Shown here: in pieces, positions 22,228 to 30,506 of the stretch
How the letters are laid out: every line of letters begins with the position of its first letter
How positions within the stretch are numbered: position 1 is the first letter of the stretch
The notes under the pieces: model-generated
Told to the model about the DNA's origin: nothing
Seen by the model: only the letters and a program-made list of their open reading frames with translations
Databases searched by the model: none
Program-made: the position numbers and the translations under genes
NCBI GenBank assembly: GCA_963768855.1
Contig: CAVYJM010000010.1
Coordinates: 64,001 to 128,000, forward strand
Reading direction: 5' to 3'
DNA from: an uncultured Thermoplasmata archaeon
GTDB lineage: Archaea > Thermoplasmatota > Thermoplasmata > RBG-16-68-12
Length of the DNA: 64,000 nt

Positions 22228-22611
22228 GTGTCCAAGATACCCGAGGAGCTCCGCTACACGAAGGATCATGAGTGGGCGAAGATCGAGGGAAACCGCGCGC
22301 GCGTGGGCATCACGGACCACGCCCAGAATGAGCTGACGGACGTGGTCTACGTCGAATTTCCCGCGGTCGGCAAGACCGTGGCACAGGGCGAGGTCCTCGG
22401 GACGGTGGAATCCGTGAAGGCGGTGAGCGAGATCTTCTCCCCGCTGAGCGGCAAGGTCGTCGAGGTGAACAAGGTCCTCGACGACACCCCGGAGCAGGTG
22501 AACAAGGACCCGTACGGAGCCGGATGGATGGTCTTGCTGGAGATGACGAACGCCACGGAGGTCTCGAAGCTCCTCGACGCGTCGGCGTACCAGAAGCTCG
22601 TCGGCGACTGA
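22228..22611 (+). CDS. gcvH: Glycine cleavage system H (lipoyl carrier) protein
   Basis: LRYTKDHEW, GITDHAQ, lipoyl-Lys motif ESVKAVSEIFSP, VNKDPYG.GW; GTG start 22228. Confidence 0.95.
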   Translation: MSKIPEELRYTKDHEWAKIEGNRARVGITDHAQNELTDVVYVEFPAVGKTVAQGEVLGTVESVKAVSEIFSPLSGKVVEVNKVLDDTPEQVNKDPYGAGWMVLLEMTNATEVSKLLDASAYQKLVGD

Positions 22612-22659
22612 GCTGAGACCGGAAGGAACCCTTTTATCGGCAGGGACGGTTCGGCCCGC

Positions 22660-22734
22660 GGGCACGTAGGCTAGTTTGGACTAGGCTAGAGGCCTTCGGA
22701 GCCTCAGACCGGGGTTCGAATCCCCGCGTGCCCG
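22660..22734 (+). tRNA. tRNA-Arg(TCG)
   Basis: Acceptor GGGCACG/CGTGCCC, anticodon arm GAGGC-CTTCGGA-GCCTC, T arm CGGGG-TTCGAAT-CCCCG, discriminator G, no encoded CCA; TATA-like ttttatc upstream. Confidence 0.95.
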
Positions 22735-22828
22735 TTTCGTCTCGCGTTTGTCAACTCGGGGCCGTTGACGAGACATACGCACAAATAGCGGATATCCCGC
22801 TCGGCGATCCAATTCAAGAAGGGCTGGG

Positions 22829-25393
22829 ATGCCTCAAGACAGGGGAACTCCCCTCGCTCGCTTCGCGCAGGCCATCGCCGCGGAGGACGGCTTCTCGTTC
22901 GGACGTCCGTCCTTGTCGGACGACGGTTCTACGGTGACCGTCCCGATTCTCCAGACCCATGGTCCCACGCGGCGATACGTGTTGGCCCAGGAAGTGTGGG
23001 ACAGCATCTCGGCCGTGGACTCGGGCCGTCTCGATCGCCTGCGGGTGCACAACGCCTCCGCGGTGCGCGTGTTCTTCCCTCCTGGGACCCTGTTCGTAGG
23101 GCGGGAAACGCCCTCCCGGGGCACGGTCGCCGGCATCCTGCTCGAACCCGGATCCGAAGTAGATGTAGAGGTCAAGTGCGTCCACGCATCGCAACGTCTG
23201 ACGCCCGGGGCGGCCCTGCAATTGGCCGTCTACATCGCGTCCGATGAGTTGCGCCGCGCGCTGGTCTCCAGGGACCAAGGTTGGGTGTGGACGATGGTGC
23301 GCGAGGGCGTGGGGAACAACCGCAGGACGCCCGCCGCAGGCCCATCCCACCGACCCACTCGAGTAGGCGATGACGATCTTCTCGCTTCCCTGACCGCGTC
23401 GAGCCCAGCAGCAAACGGTCCCGACTTGGCGCCGCGCGGGCTCGTGTCGGACAACAGCCAGTGCGGGATGGTCATATTGGATGCCGAAGGAGTCCGGCTC
23501 CTCGAGACCTACGCAAGCCCAGAGTCATGGAACGTCGCAAGCCCTCTCGCTCGGACGCACACCGCCGAGGGAATCGAATCGAATTCGATTCCCGGGATGG
23601 CCTTGACCCTGGACCCCACTCGGGCCGTCCAGGTTGCAAAGGAGTTCCTGCTCCGCGTGGGTGCGGTGGAGTATCGCCACGGGACTCCCTGCAGCTGGTC
23701 GAGCGTCGACTCTGCCTCCGAGTACACCGAATTCGAGGGCGACGTCCTCCATCTCATCGCCTTCGGTTCCGGGAATCTCCGGCCCGAGTCGTACACACGG
23801 GCGCCCTCGGTCTCTCGGAGCGGATGGCTCCCCGGGACGGAGCCGGAAGGCCCGATCCTCGGCTCCTCCCTCACCATGTCAACGCCCGCGTCGGGCGACG
23901 GGGAGACCACCACGCTTCCCGTCGCCGCCGTGGAGCCGGAACAGGAGCCCGAGCCGGAGCGGCCGGAAGCCCGACCGCGCCGCCGGAAGGTCCTCACGAG
24001 CGGCTGGGACGCGCCCACGTTCGAATCCCTCGAGCGGTACTCGCAGAAGGAGTTCGGCGGCGATCGGTCCGCCGCGATGCGGTTCCTCGTGCGCCAAGGG
24101 CTGGACCGGCGCGGCTATCTGGGTCCACGGTCCGCACGCCCGATCGCTGCAACCTGGACCGTCGCGCCAACCGACGAGCCGGCGCCCGACGTCGAACTCG
24201 GTCGCGCCGCGATCGAGGCGCGGATCCAGGACTTCGAGCGGATCGTTCAGACTGATGCATATGCTGATTGGCTCCGTGCGCGGGCCCGCGTCGAGCTCGA
24301 GCGGATGGCGGGGGCCGCGGGAGATGAGTCACTCCGTGTGGTGGCCCAGGCCGCGCTGGACCGGTTGCCCGCCCCGCCCACGGAGCCGGAGCCCTCCCCG
24401 CCTGTCGAGGAGGAGGCGCCTCCCCTTCTGCCTCCCGTGGACGTCCGCCCAATCCTGCGCCGGGCGTTCTCCGCCAGCGCGGGCGGCCGCTACTCGGAGG
24501 CTCTCCTCCTGTTCGACGAGGCCCTCGATGCCGAGCCGGACAACCGCACTGCCCTCCTGGGCCGGGCCGTCGCCCTGCGTCGGTCCGGAAAGGCAGCCGA
24601 AGCCCTCGCGGCCCTCGACCTAGTCCTCCGGCTCGAGCCCGCGAACGCCGCCGCCCTCTTGAACCGCGGTCGGGTGCTCCAGGAGCGGGGCGATCTGCAG
24701 GGAGCGCTGGAGACCTTCGACCGGCTCGCGGTGGTCGCCCCGAACGACTGGGACGTCTGGATGGCGCGGGGCGACGTCCTCGTCCGGATGGGTCAGGATC
24801 GCGGCGCGTTCGACGCCTACTCGGAAGCCCTCCGGCGGAATCCGGACGATGAGAGCATCCAGGCGAAGATTCGGGCCCTGGAGAGGATTCGCCTCGCGCC
24901 GGCCTCCTCACCCGCGCCTCGGCCCGCGCTGCCGCGCGACGTGCAGGAGGGCCAGTCCTTCCTCGTGAAGGCGGCACGGCCCGATCTGGGCTACCGAGTG
25001 CTCCGGACCCTCGCGGTTCGGCAGGTTCCCTCCCTCGTGTTGACCCATCAGCCAGCCGAGACATTGCGGGCCACCCAGGGGCTCGGAGGGACCCGCGTCC
25101 TGGAGCTCAGTCATGCACCGGGCGAGGGCCACCTCAGCCCGACCTCGCTGGTCCTCCTGACCAAGGTCATCGAGCGGTTTGTGGAGGAGAACCACGGGCA
25201 TGCGGTCATTCTCCTCGATGGGCTGGGCGCTCTCATCGCGGGGAACGGGTTCCGCGATACCGTCCTGTTCGTCGAGCGCGTGCACGAAGTCATCCTCCAG
25301 TCGCAAGCCATCTTCTTGATTTGCGTCGCGCCGGACGACCTGAGTGAGAGGGAGGCCGCCATCCTCGAGCGCAACCTCCGCGTCCTGACGTGA
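22829..25393 (+). CDS. Multidomain protein: ARPP-1-like N-terminus, RHH-like segment, TPRs, C-terminal DUF835
   Basis: N-terminal LRVHNAS.VRVFFPPGTLFVG...GILLEPG..V.VKCVH; FESLERYSQKEFGGDRSAAMRFLVRQGL; about four TPRs (24450-24880); DUF835 pattern LSPTSL...VILLDGL.ALIAGNGF...LSEREAAILER. Confidence 0.75.
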   Translation: MPQDRGTPLARFAQAIAAEDGFSFGRPSLSDDGSTVTVPILQTHGPTRRYVLAQEVWDSISAVDSGRLDRLRVHNASAVRVFFPPGTLFVGRETPSRGTVAGILLEPGSEVDVEVKCVHASQRLTPGAALQLAVYIASDELRRALVSRDQGWVWTMVREGVGNNRRTPAAGPSHRPTRVGDDDLLASLTASSPAANGPDLAPRGLVSDNSQCGMVILDAEGVRLLETYASPESWNVASPLARTHTAEGIESNSIPGMALTLDPTRAVQVAKEFLLRVGAVEYRHGTPCSWSSVDSASEYTEFEGDVLHLIAFGSGNLRPESYTRAPSVSRSGWLPGTEPEGPILGSSLTMSTPASGDGETTTLPVAAVEPEQEPEPERPEARPRRRKVLTSGWDAPTFESLERYSQKEFGGDRSAAMRFLVRQGLDRRGYLGPRSARPIAATWTVAPTDEPAPDVELGRAAIEARIQDFERIVQTDAYADWLRARARVELERMAGAAGDESLRVVAQAALDRLPAPPTEPEPSPPVEEEAPPLLPPVDVRPILRRAFSASAGGRYSEALLLFDEALDAEPDNRTALLGRAVALRRSGKAAEALAALDLVLRLEPANAAALLNRGRVLQERGDLQGALETFDRLAVVAPNDWDVWMARGDVLVRMGQDRGAFDAYSEALRRNPDDESIQAKIRALERIRLAPASSPAPRPALPRDVQEGQSFLVKAARPDLGYRVLRTLAVRQVPSLVLTHQPAETLRATQGLGGTRVLELSHAPGEGHLSPTSLVLLTKVIERFVEENHGHAVILLDGLGALIAGNGFRDTVLFVERVHEVILQSQAIFLICVAPDDLSEREAAILERNLRVLT

Positions 25394-25457
25394 CGCCGTC
25401 CGGCCCGGCACGATCCGCGTCAGGCTTAAGCGCGGGCAGGGCCTCCGGCCGAAACGG

Positions 25458-26021
25458 ATGGCATCCCCGCCGCCCGCTCCGGATTCGGTCGGCGCCATCA
25501 TCCGCAAGGCCCTCCCCGAGGATGCGCCGGCCCTCGCGGAGATCTACAACCGCGCCATCGAGGAGCGAATCGCCACCTTCGAGACGGAGGCGCGCTCGGC
25601 GTCGGGCATGCGGGCCTGGATCGGCGAGCACGACGACCGCCATCCGGTCCTCGTGTTGGAGGCGTCCGACGGGCGGAGCCCCGTCGACCGAGGACGACAG
25701 GTCGTTGCCTGGGCCTCCATCGCGAGCTACCGGCCCCGTGCGTGCTACGCGGGAGTCGGGGAGGTCTCCATCTATGTTCGGGAAGGGTACCGCGGTCGAG
25801 GCTTCGGGCAACAGCTCCTCCTCTCGCTGGTCGACGAGGCACGAGACCTCGGGTACTGGAAGCTCGTTTCCCGGATCTTCCCTCATAACACGGCCAGCCG
25901 GCGGCTCGTCGCGCGGTGCGGGTTCCGGGAGGTCGGTGTGTATGAGAAGCACGGGAAGCTGGACGATCGATGGCTCGACACGGTGATCGTGGAGCGACTG
26001 ATACCCGAGAACCTGCGTTGA
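25458..26021 (+). CDS. GNAT N-acetyltransferase, ArsN1/phosphinothricin acetyltransferase-like
   Basis: IYNRAIEERIATFE, SYRPRACYAGVGEVSIYV, RGRGFG, WKLVSRIFPHNTAS, FREVGVYEKHGKLD..WLD. Confidence 0.88.
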   Translation: MASPPPAPDSVGAIIRKALPEDAPALAEIYNRAIEERIATFETEARSASGMRAWIGEHDDRHPVLVLEASDGRSPVDRGRQVVAWASIASYRPRACYAGVGEVSIYVREGYRGRGFGQQLLLSLVDEARDLGYWKLVSRIFPHNTASRRLVARCGFREVGVYEKHGKLDDRWLDTVIVERLIPENLR

Positions 26022-26111
26022 CGTTCGAGTGTGGGGAACCCGGGCATCCCGGTCCCGGTCTGATGCCTCATGCTTATGCGGCGAACGGGATTGAGGGAAC
26101 CGAGGAATCCC

Positions 26112-26657
26112 ATGCCGAAGAAGACGAAGCGAGCCGCCAAGAAACCACGCCGCGCGCCGAAGCTGAGCCCAATCCCGCCGGGCATGCGCACGGTGACCCC
26201 CTACCTCTTCATTGCGGGTGCTGCGCAGGCTCTCGAGTTCTACAAGAAGGCTTTCGGGGCGAAGGAAATTTCACGACAGCCCACGCCGGATGGCAAGTTG
26301 ATTCACGCGATGATGAAGATCGGCGATTCCTTTGTCATGATGTCCGACGCATTCGAGGAAACCCCGACCCCGACACCCCCGACCGCCGGCGCCCCCACGG
26401 CCATGATCCACATCTACACGAGGGATGTGGACAAGCTCTGGAACCAGGCCCTCGCGGCGGGTGCCAAGGTCTCCATGCCCCTCGACAACGTGTTCTGGGG
26501 CGAGCGGTACGGGCAGCTCGAGGACCCTTTCGGACACCGATGGACCCTCTCCATGCGGATCCCGATGAGCCGCCAGGAACGGGAGGCGAAACAGAAAGCT
26601 TCCATGGCGATGTTCGCCTCCGGCGAACATCCGGGCTCCGAGCAGCAACCGCGTTAG
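26112..26657 (+). CDS. VOC/glyoxalase family protein (PhnB-like)
   Basis: TVTPYL, ALEFYKKAFGA, HAMMKIGDS, FWGERYGQLEDPFGHRW. Confidence 0.9.
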   Translation: MPKKTKRAAKKPRRAPKLSPIPPGMRTVTPYLFIAGAAQALEFYKKAFGAKEISRQPTPDGKLIHAMMKIGDSFVMMSDAFEETPTPTPPTAGAPTAMIHIYTRDVDKLWNQALAAGAKVSMPLDNVFWGERYGQLEDPFGHRWTLSMRIPMSRQEREAKQKASMAMFASGEHPGSEQQPR

Positions 26658-27586
26658 CCGCTCTCCGAGTCCTCGAAGACCGCGGCGCGGTGCGATTTCG
26701 GAAGGAGAGCGTAGACCCGATCGCGCCCGCCATCGAAACCGATCGTGTGGGCACCCATTTCCGTGGGACAAGATTCGATCCGTTCCAGGGTTCGTGCGTC
26801 GAACACATCGACCACGCCAGGGTCGCCGATGGCCACGTAGAGGTGATTCCGGCGGGCGTTGAGGAAGACCACGTCGGGCGGTCCACTGAGGGGCCGCTCG
26901 GCGAGCACCTCGCCCGAGGATCGGTTGAGGACGATCACTCGGCCGTCGTCGCAGGCGCAGAAGAGGCGCCCCCGCGTCGCGTCGAGGTCCAGCCCGTGCG
27001 GTCCCACGGCCGGCACGGACAACGATCGCGCGATGTGATCTGGATGCGGGACGTCGAGCACGACGATCTGCGGTGGATCGCGGATGTTGACGTAGAAGGC
27101 CCTCGTCTTGTCGTCGTACAGGGCCCACCGCGTGCGGCCCGGGACTGGGACATCTGCCACCCTTCTCTTCGAGGGGACGTCCACCAGGGAGACCGTCGTC
27201 GATTCCGGCACCTTCGGGTCCCCCACGTTGGCTGCGAGGAGGAGCCCACGGGAGGGAGCGAAGGCCAGCCCGTTCGGATGGACCCCCACCTCCACCCGGG
27301 CCGCCTCGGCCTCCTTCCCCTCCTCGAAGAAGCTGACCGTGTCCTCCGCGCGGTTCGAGGTGAAGATGAGATTCCGTTCTTCGGAGACGAGGACGCCCGC
27401 CACCCCCTTCAGTCCGGGGATGGATCGAAGGTAGCGGTTCGCGGGGCCGTCGATGACGTCGACCGCATCGTTCGCGGTGTGGGCCACGTAGAGGCGGCCC
27501 GATGCTCCGTGGACGGCCGCGTGATCGAAGCCGCCCTCCCCGAGGTGTTCCGGCAGGGCGATGTAACCTCGGGGTTCGAGGCTCAT
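26654..27586 (-). CDS. YncE/YVTN-type beta-propeller protein
   Basis: GGFDHAAV..RLYVAH; repeated blades GVHPNGLA, VGPHGLDLD, GAHTIG. Confidence 0.82.
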   Translation of the reverse strand: MSLEPRGYIALPEHLGEGGFDHAAVHGASGRLYVAHTANDAVDVIDGPANRYLRSIPGLKGVAGVLVSEERNLIFTSNRAEDTVSFFEEGKEAEAARVEVGVHPNGLAFAPSRGLLLAANVGDPKVPESTTVSLVDVPSKRRVADVPVPGRTRWALYDDKTRAFYVNIRDPPQIVVLDVPHPDHIARSLSVPAVGPHGLDLDATRGRLFCACDDGRVIVLNRSSGEVLAERPLSGPPDVVFLNARRNHLYVAIGDPGVVDVFDARTLERIESCPTEMGAHTIGFDGGRDRVYALLPKSHRAAVFEDSESG

Positions 27587-28050
27587 CGGGGCGCGTGCTC
27601 CAGCTTGCCCCTTCCTTCGACCTTGAGCTTGCAGTAGGTGTACAGGGCGTCGTACGCCGGGAACTGGAGGCGCATGTTGTCGTGGTCGTCCTTCGCGTTC
27701 GTGCGGAACCCGAGCGCCATGGCCTCCAGCCCTGCGCCTTCCGGTCGCGGCTTGTGCGGCGCCGCGTCCGCGGTCCGGACGATCTCGGCCATGTCGAGGA
27801 GCGCGGGATCCGTGAGTTTGTACTTCCGGATGATCGCATCGAAGCTGCAGCGCTCGTCGTCGCCGTCCTTGTAGTGGAAGAGCTCGGCACCCGGCGCATC
27901 GAACGAGATGGCGCCCTGCTCCTTCGCCACGTCGAGGACCTTCTCCCTCGGGACGAACAGGAACTCCGCTTTCGCATCTACGAACCGGGTGATGAGCCAG
28001 GGACAGGCGATCCGATCCACCTTGGCCTTCTCACGCGTTACCCATTTCAT
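27583..28050 (-). CDS. Stand-alone ChrB-domain (chromate resistance family) protein
   Basis: MKWVTRE..KVDRIACPWLI.RFVD..AEFLFV, CSFDAII..Y.L.DPAL, D...YDALY. Confidence 0.88.
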   Translation of the reverse strand: MKWVTREKAKVDRIACPWLITRFVDAKAEFLFVPREKVLDVAKEQGAISFDAPGAELFHYKDGDDERCSFDAIIRKYKLTDPALLDMAEIVRTADAAPHKPRPEGAGLEAMALGFRTNAKDDHDNMRLQFPAYDALYTYCKLKVEGRGKLEHAPR

Positions 28051-28118
28051 CGGTGTCTCCACCCGCCGGCACCGAGCGGTGGACGGCTACAAAAGGCTGG
28101 TGCCAAGTGACGGCCGCG

Positions 28119-29402
28119 TCATCTTGGCGGGGGTTCCCCGGGAGGAGCTTTCGGCTTTTCCTCCGGCGGGTGGACCTTCCGGAAGCTCACGTAGATCAGC
28201 GTGTCGTAGACGAGTTTGAGGACCCCGGCGGCGACGAGCGGCGTCCCGAGCCAGAGGTTCTCGAGGGCGTAGCCCGCGATGGAGGGACTGATCGACGACG
28301 TCACCGTTCGCGTGGTGCTCGTGAATCCCGCGGCCGGAGTCCGGTCGGCCTCGTCCACGATGGCCATGACGTAGGATTGCCGCGTCGGCACGTCCATCTG
28401 GGACAGCGACTGGCGGCACAGGAGGAGGACCACCGCCCCCAGGGCGGTCGGAGCGAACGCGACCCCGATGAGGAAGACGTTCGAGGGGACATGGCTGAAG
28501 ACCATCGTCCGGAGCAGCCCGATTCGTTTGGCGATGGGATTCGCGAGGAAGAAGGAGCCCGCCGTGACGAGCTGGGTGAGGAGGAAGAGGAGGCCCAAGG
28601 ACCCCAGTTGGAGTCCGAAGCGGTCCGCGAAGTAGAGCGAGAGGATGTTTCCCCCGATGAAGCCGCCGCCGAACGAGTCGATCGCGAACAGCGCCGAGAG
28701 CCGGTACACGATGGGCCGTGCACTCGGAGACAGGATGGCGCGTTTCTTCGCAGCGGCGTCCGACTCCACCTGCTTCGACAGCCGGGAGTAGAGGAAAGCT
28801 CCGAGGAGCCCCGAGGCCAGATACCCGAGGAAGAAGGGCCGCAGCTGGTCCGGCGACGGGGTCGATGCGAGGGCGGCCAGGCCCGCCCCGACCGCAGACG
28901 CGCCGTACCCGACGAAGTTGTAGATGCTGAAGGCGAACGTCCTGCGGTTCGGCTCGCAGGTTCGCGGGAGCATGGCCTGTTCGAGCGAGAGGAAGGGGCC
29001 GACCTCCCCCGCGCCGACGGTCATGTTGCCGACAATCCCGGCGAAGACCGGGGCCCACCAGGCCGTCGTGCTGAAGAGGAGCGCCCCTGCGATGAAATCG
29101 GTGAGAGCGAAGAACACGAGCGTCCGCCTGCGCCCGATGCGGTCCGCGACGAAGCTGATGACGAACGTGTACGCCGCGCTGCTGAGGATTGTGAGCGTCA
29201 GGACGATGCCGATCTGGACGAGGGTGAACCCCAGGTATTGCAGGTACAGGGAGAAGGCCACGCTCAGGAACCCGTACGGGATCGTCCGGGTCGCCTTCTC
29301 GAGGAAGACGAGCTTCCCATCCCGGCTGATCCAGTCGCCGTAGCCCACCGGAGACCCTCCCCGCCTTCGTGTCTGTCCCGTCGGCATGGCCGGCGAGGTC
29401 AT
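28119..29402 (-). CDS. MFS transporter
   Basis: About 12 TM helices, ADRIGRRR motif A, GAGEVGPFLSLEQA, LSQMDVPTRQSYVMAIV; start 29402 or 29387. Confidence 0.9.
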   Translation of the reverse strand: MTSPAMPTGQTRRRGGSPVGYGDWISRDGKLVFLEKATRTIPYGFLSVAFSLYLQYLGFTLVQIGIVLTLTILSSAAYTFVISFVADRIGRRRTLVFFALTDFIAGALLFSTTAWWAPVFAGIVGNMTVGAGEVGPFLSLEQAMLPRTCEPNRRTFAFSIYNFVGYGASAVGAGLAALASTPSPDQLRPFFLGYLASGLLGAFLYSRLSKQVESDAAAKKRAILSPSARPIVYRLSALFAIDSFGGGFIGGNILSLYFADRFGLQLGSLGLLFLLTQLVTAGSFFLANPIAKRIGLLRTMVFSHVPSNVFLIGVAFAPTALGAVVLLLCRQSLSQMDVPTRQSYVMAIVDEADRTPAAGFTSTTRTVTSSISPSIAGYALENLWLGTPLVAAGVLKLVYDTLIYVSFRKVHPPEEKPKAPPGEPPPR

Positions 29403-29513
29403 CAGGCCTTCGGAGCCGACACCTCCGTGGGAATCGTCAGAGGAACACCGGTGGTCCCAAGGACGAGGCCATCGCACGGCGCCCGCATGAGAGGGGAGGG
29501 CCGTTGGCTGGTG

Positions 29514-29554
29514 GGAGGAAGAAAAGGGGGACGGGCCGCCCTCAGAGCGGCCCG
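29514..29554 (-). terminator. Hairpin plus T-tract terminator-like element for the 29542-30333 gene
   Basis: 8-bp stem cgggccgc/gcggcccg (29532-29554) followed on the minus strand by cccctttttcttcc. Confidence 0.5.
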
Positions 29555-30333
29555 CAGGTGTAGGTGGGGTGGTTCGGGATCCCGAGGCCATCCGGGCGCT
29601 CGGCCCAGAACTTGAACTCGAAGCTTCCCCGGGATTGCGGGTGGATTTCCACGAGGAAGCCGTTCTGGGAGCCGTCTCCCGAAGCGACGACGTGGTCGGA
29701 GAAAGGCATCGTGAGGACCCAGTCCGTGGCCCCCGTCGTCATCGCGATCATCCCGTAGTAGTTCAGGACCTTGAGGATGTCCGACCCGGAGTTCCGGACG
29801 GGATCCGTCGCGTTCACGCCCGGGTCGATGAGCGACCGGTAGCCCGCGGCGTCCCGTTCTGCGATTTCGTGCAGGACGGACGGCCAGTAGTCCGCGCCCC
29901 CGAGGTCCGCGGTGAGCGTCCGCAGGGGGGTCCCCGCGGCGTAGGACACGCCCTTCGCTGCCAGGAGAGGACCGTCCCACCCGATGTAGTAGTCCAGCGT
30001 CCGTGAGCTCACGACCTCCTCGGCCCCGCAGCCCGCGTAGACCGTCAGCTCGTTCGGGACCGTGTTGTTCGGATTCCGCACCTCGATTCGCAGGACCGCG
30101 GGCACGGGCCGGTTTGCGTTGTTCGCCATCGTCGCCACAACCCGGAACACGTCCCCGGGGGCGACGCTCAGCGGGACGCCCTCCACGGTCAGGGTGATGG
30201 CCTGGCCGTTCACCTGCACGTCTCGATCCACGGTGTTGCTGATCGTGGGCGTGAGCACGCCCACCGCGCTGGCCGCGAGGACGACCACAAGGAGGACCGT
30301 CCACCGCGTCCGCAGTTTCTTCCCAAGACCCAT
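29542..30333 (-). CDS. Hypothetical secreted or surface protein
   Basis: Basic N-terminus plus hydrophobic signal/anchor, then a beta-rich domain; GAGGTG RBS before ATG 30333. Confidence 0.75.
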   Translation of the reverse strand: MGLGKKLRTRWTVLLVVVLAASAVGVLTPTISNTVDRDVQVNGQAITLTVEGVPLSVAPGDVFRVVATMANNANRPVPAVLRIEVRNPNNTVPNELTVYAGCGAEEVVSSRTLDYYIGWDGPLLAAKGVSYAAGTPLRTLTADLGGADYWPSVLHEIAERDAAGYRSLIDPGVNATDPVRNSGSDILKVLNYYGMIAMTTGATDWVLTMPFSDHVVASGDGSQNGFLVEIHPQSRGSFEFKFWAERPDGLGIPNHPTYTCGPL

Positions 30334-30506
30334 CGTTCGCACCTCGCCCGCGCACCGCGCGGGACGGAGCCGGGGAGGGCCGCCCCGCCCGCATAAGGCG
30401 GTGTCGTACAGTCACCGTGCACGTAGCCGCTGCGCGGCGCACAGGCCGCGCCGACATGTTAAATAGAACCCGGGGTTCTTGCGTGATTCGCGGGAGAGGA
30501 GACCCC

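Noticed and set aside
22228-22734. gcvH next to the ARPP-1-like gene as a GcvH-L/ADP-ribosylation operon, or tRNA-Arg as an integration site
   Set aside because: GcvH is canonical and separated by the tRNA; no sirtuin, macrodomain, integrase or duplicated tRNA 3' end was found.
23925-23975. Short gagccg-type repeats
   Set aside because: They encode a Pro/Glu linker (EPEQEPEPERPE); this is not a CRISPR or other repeat array.
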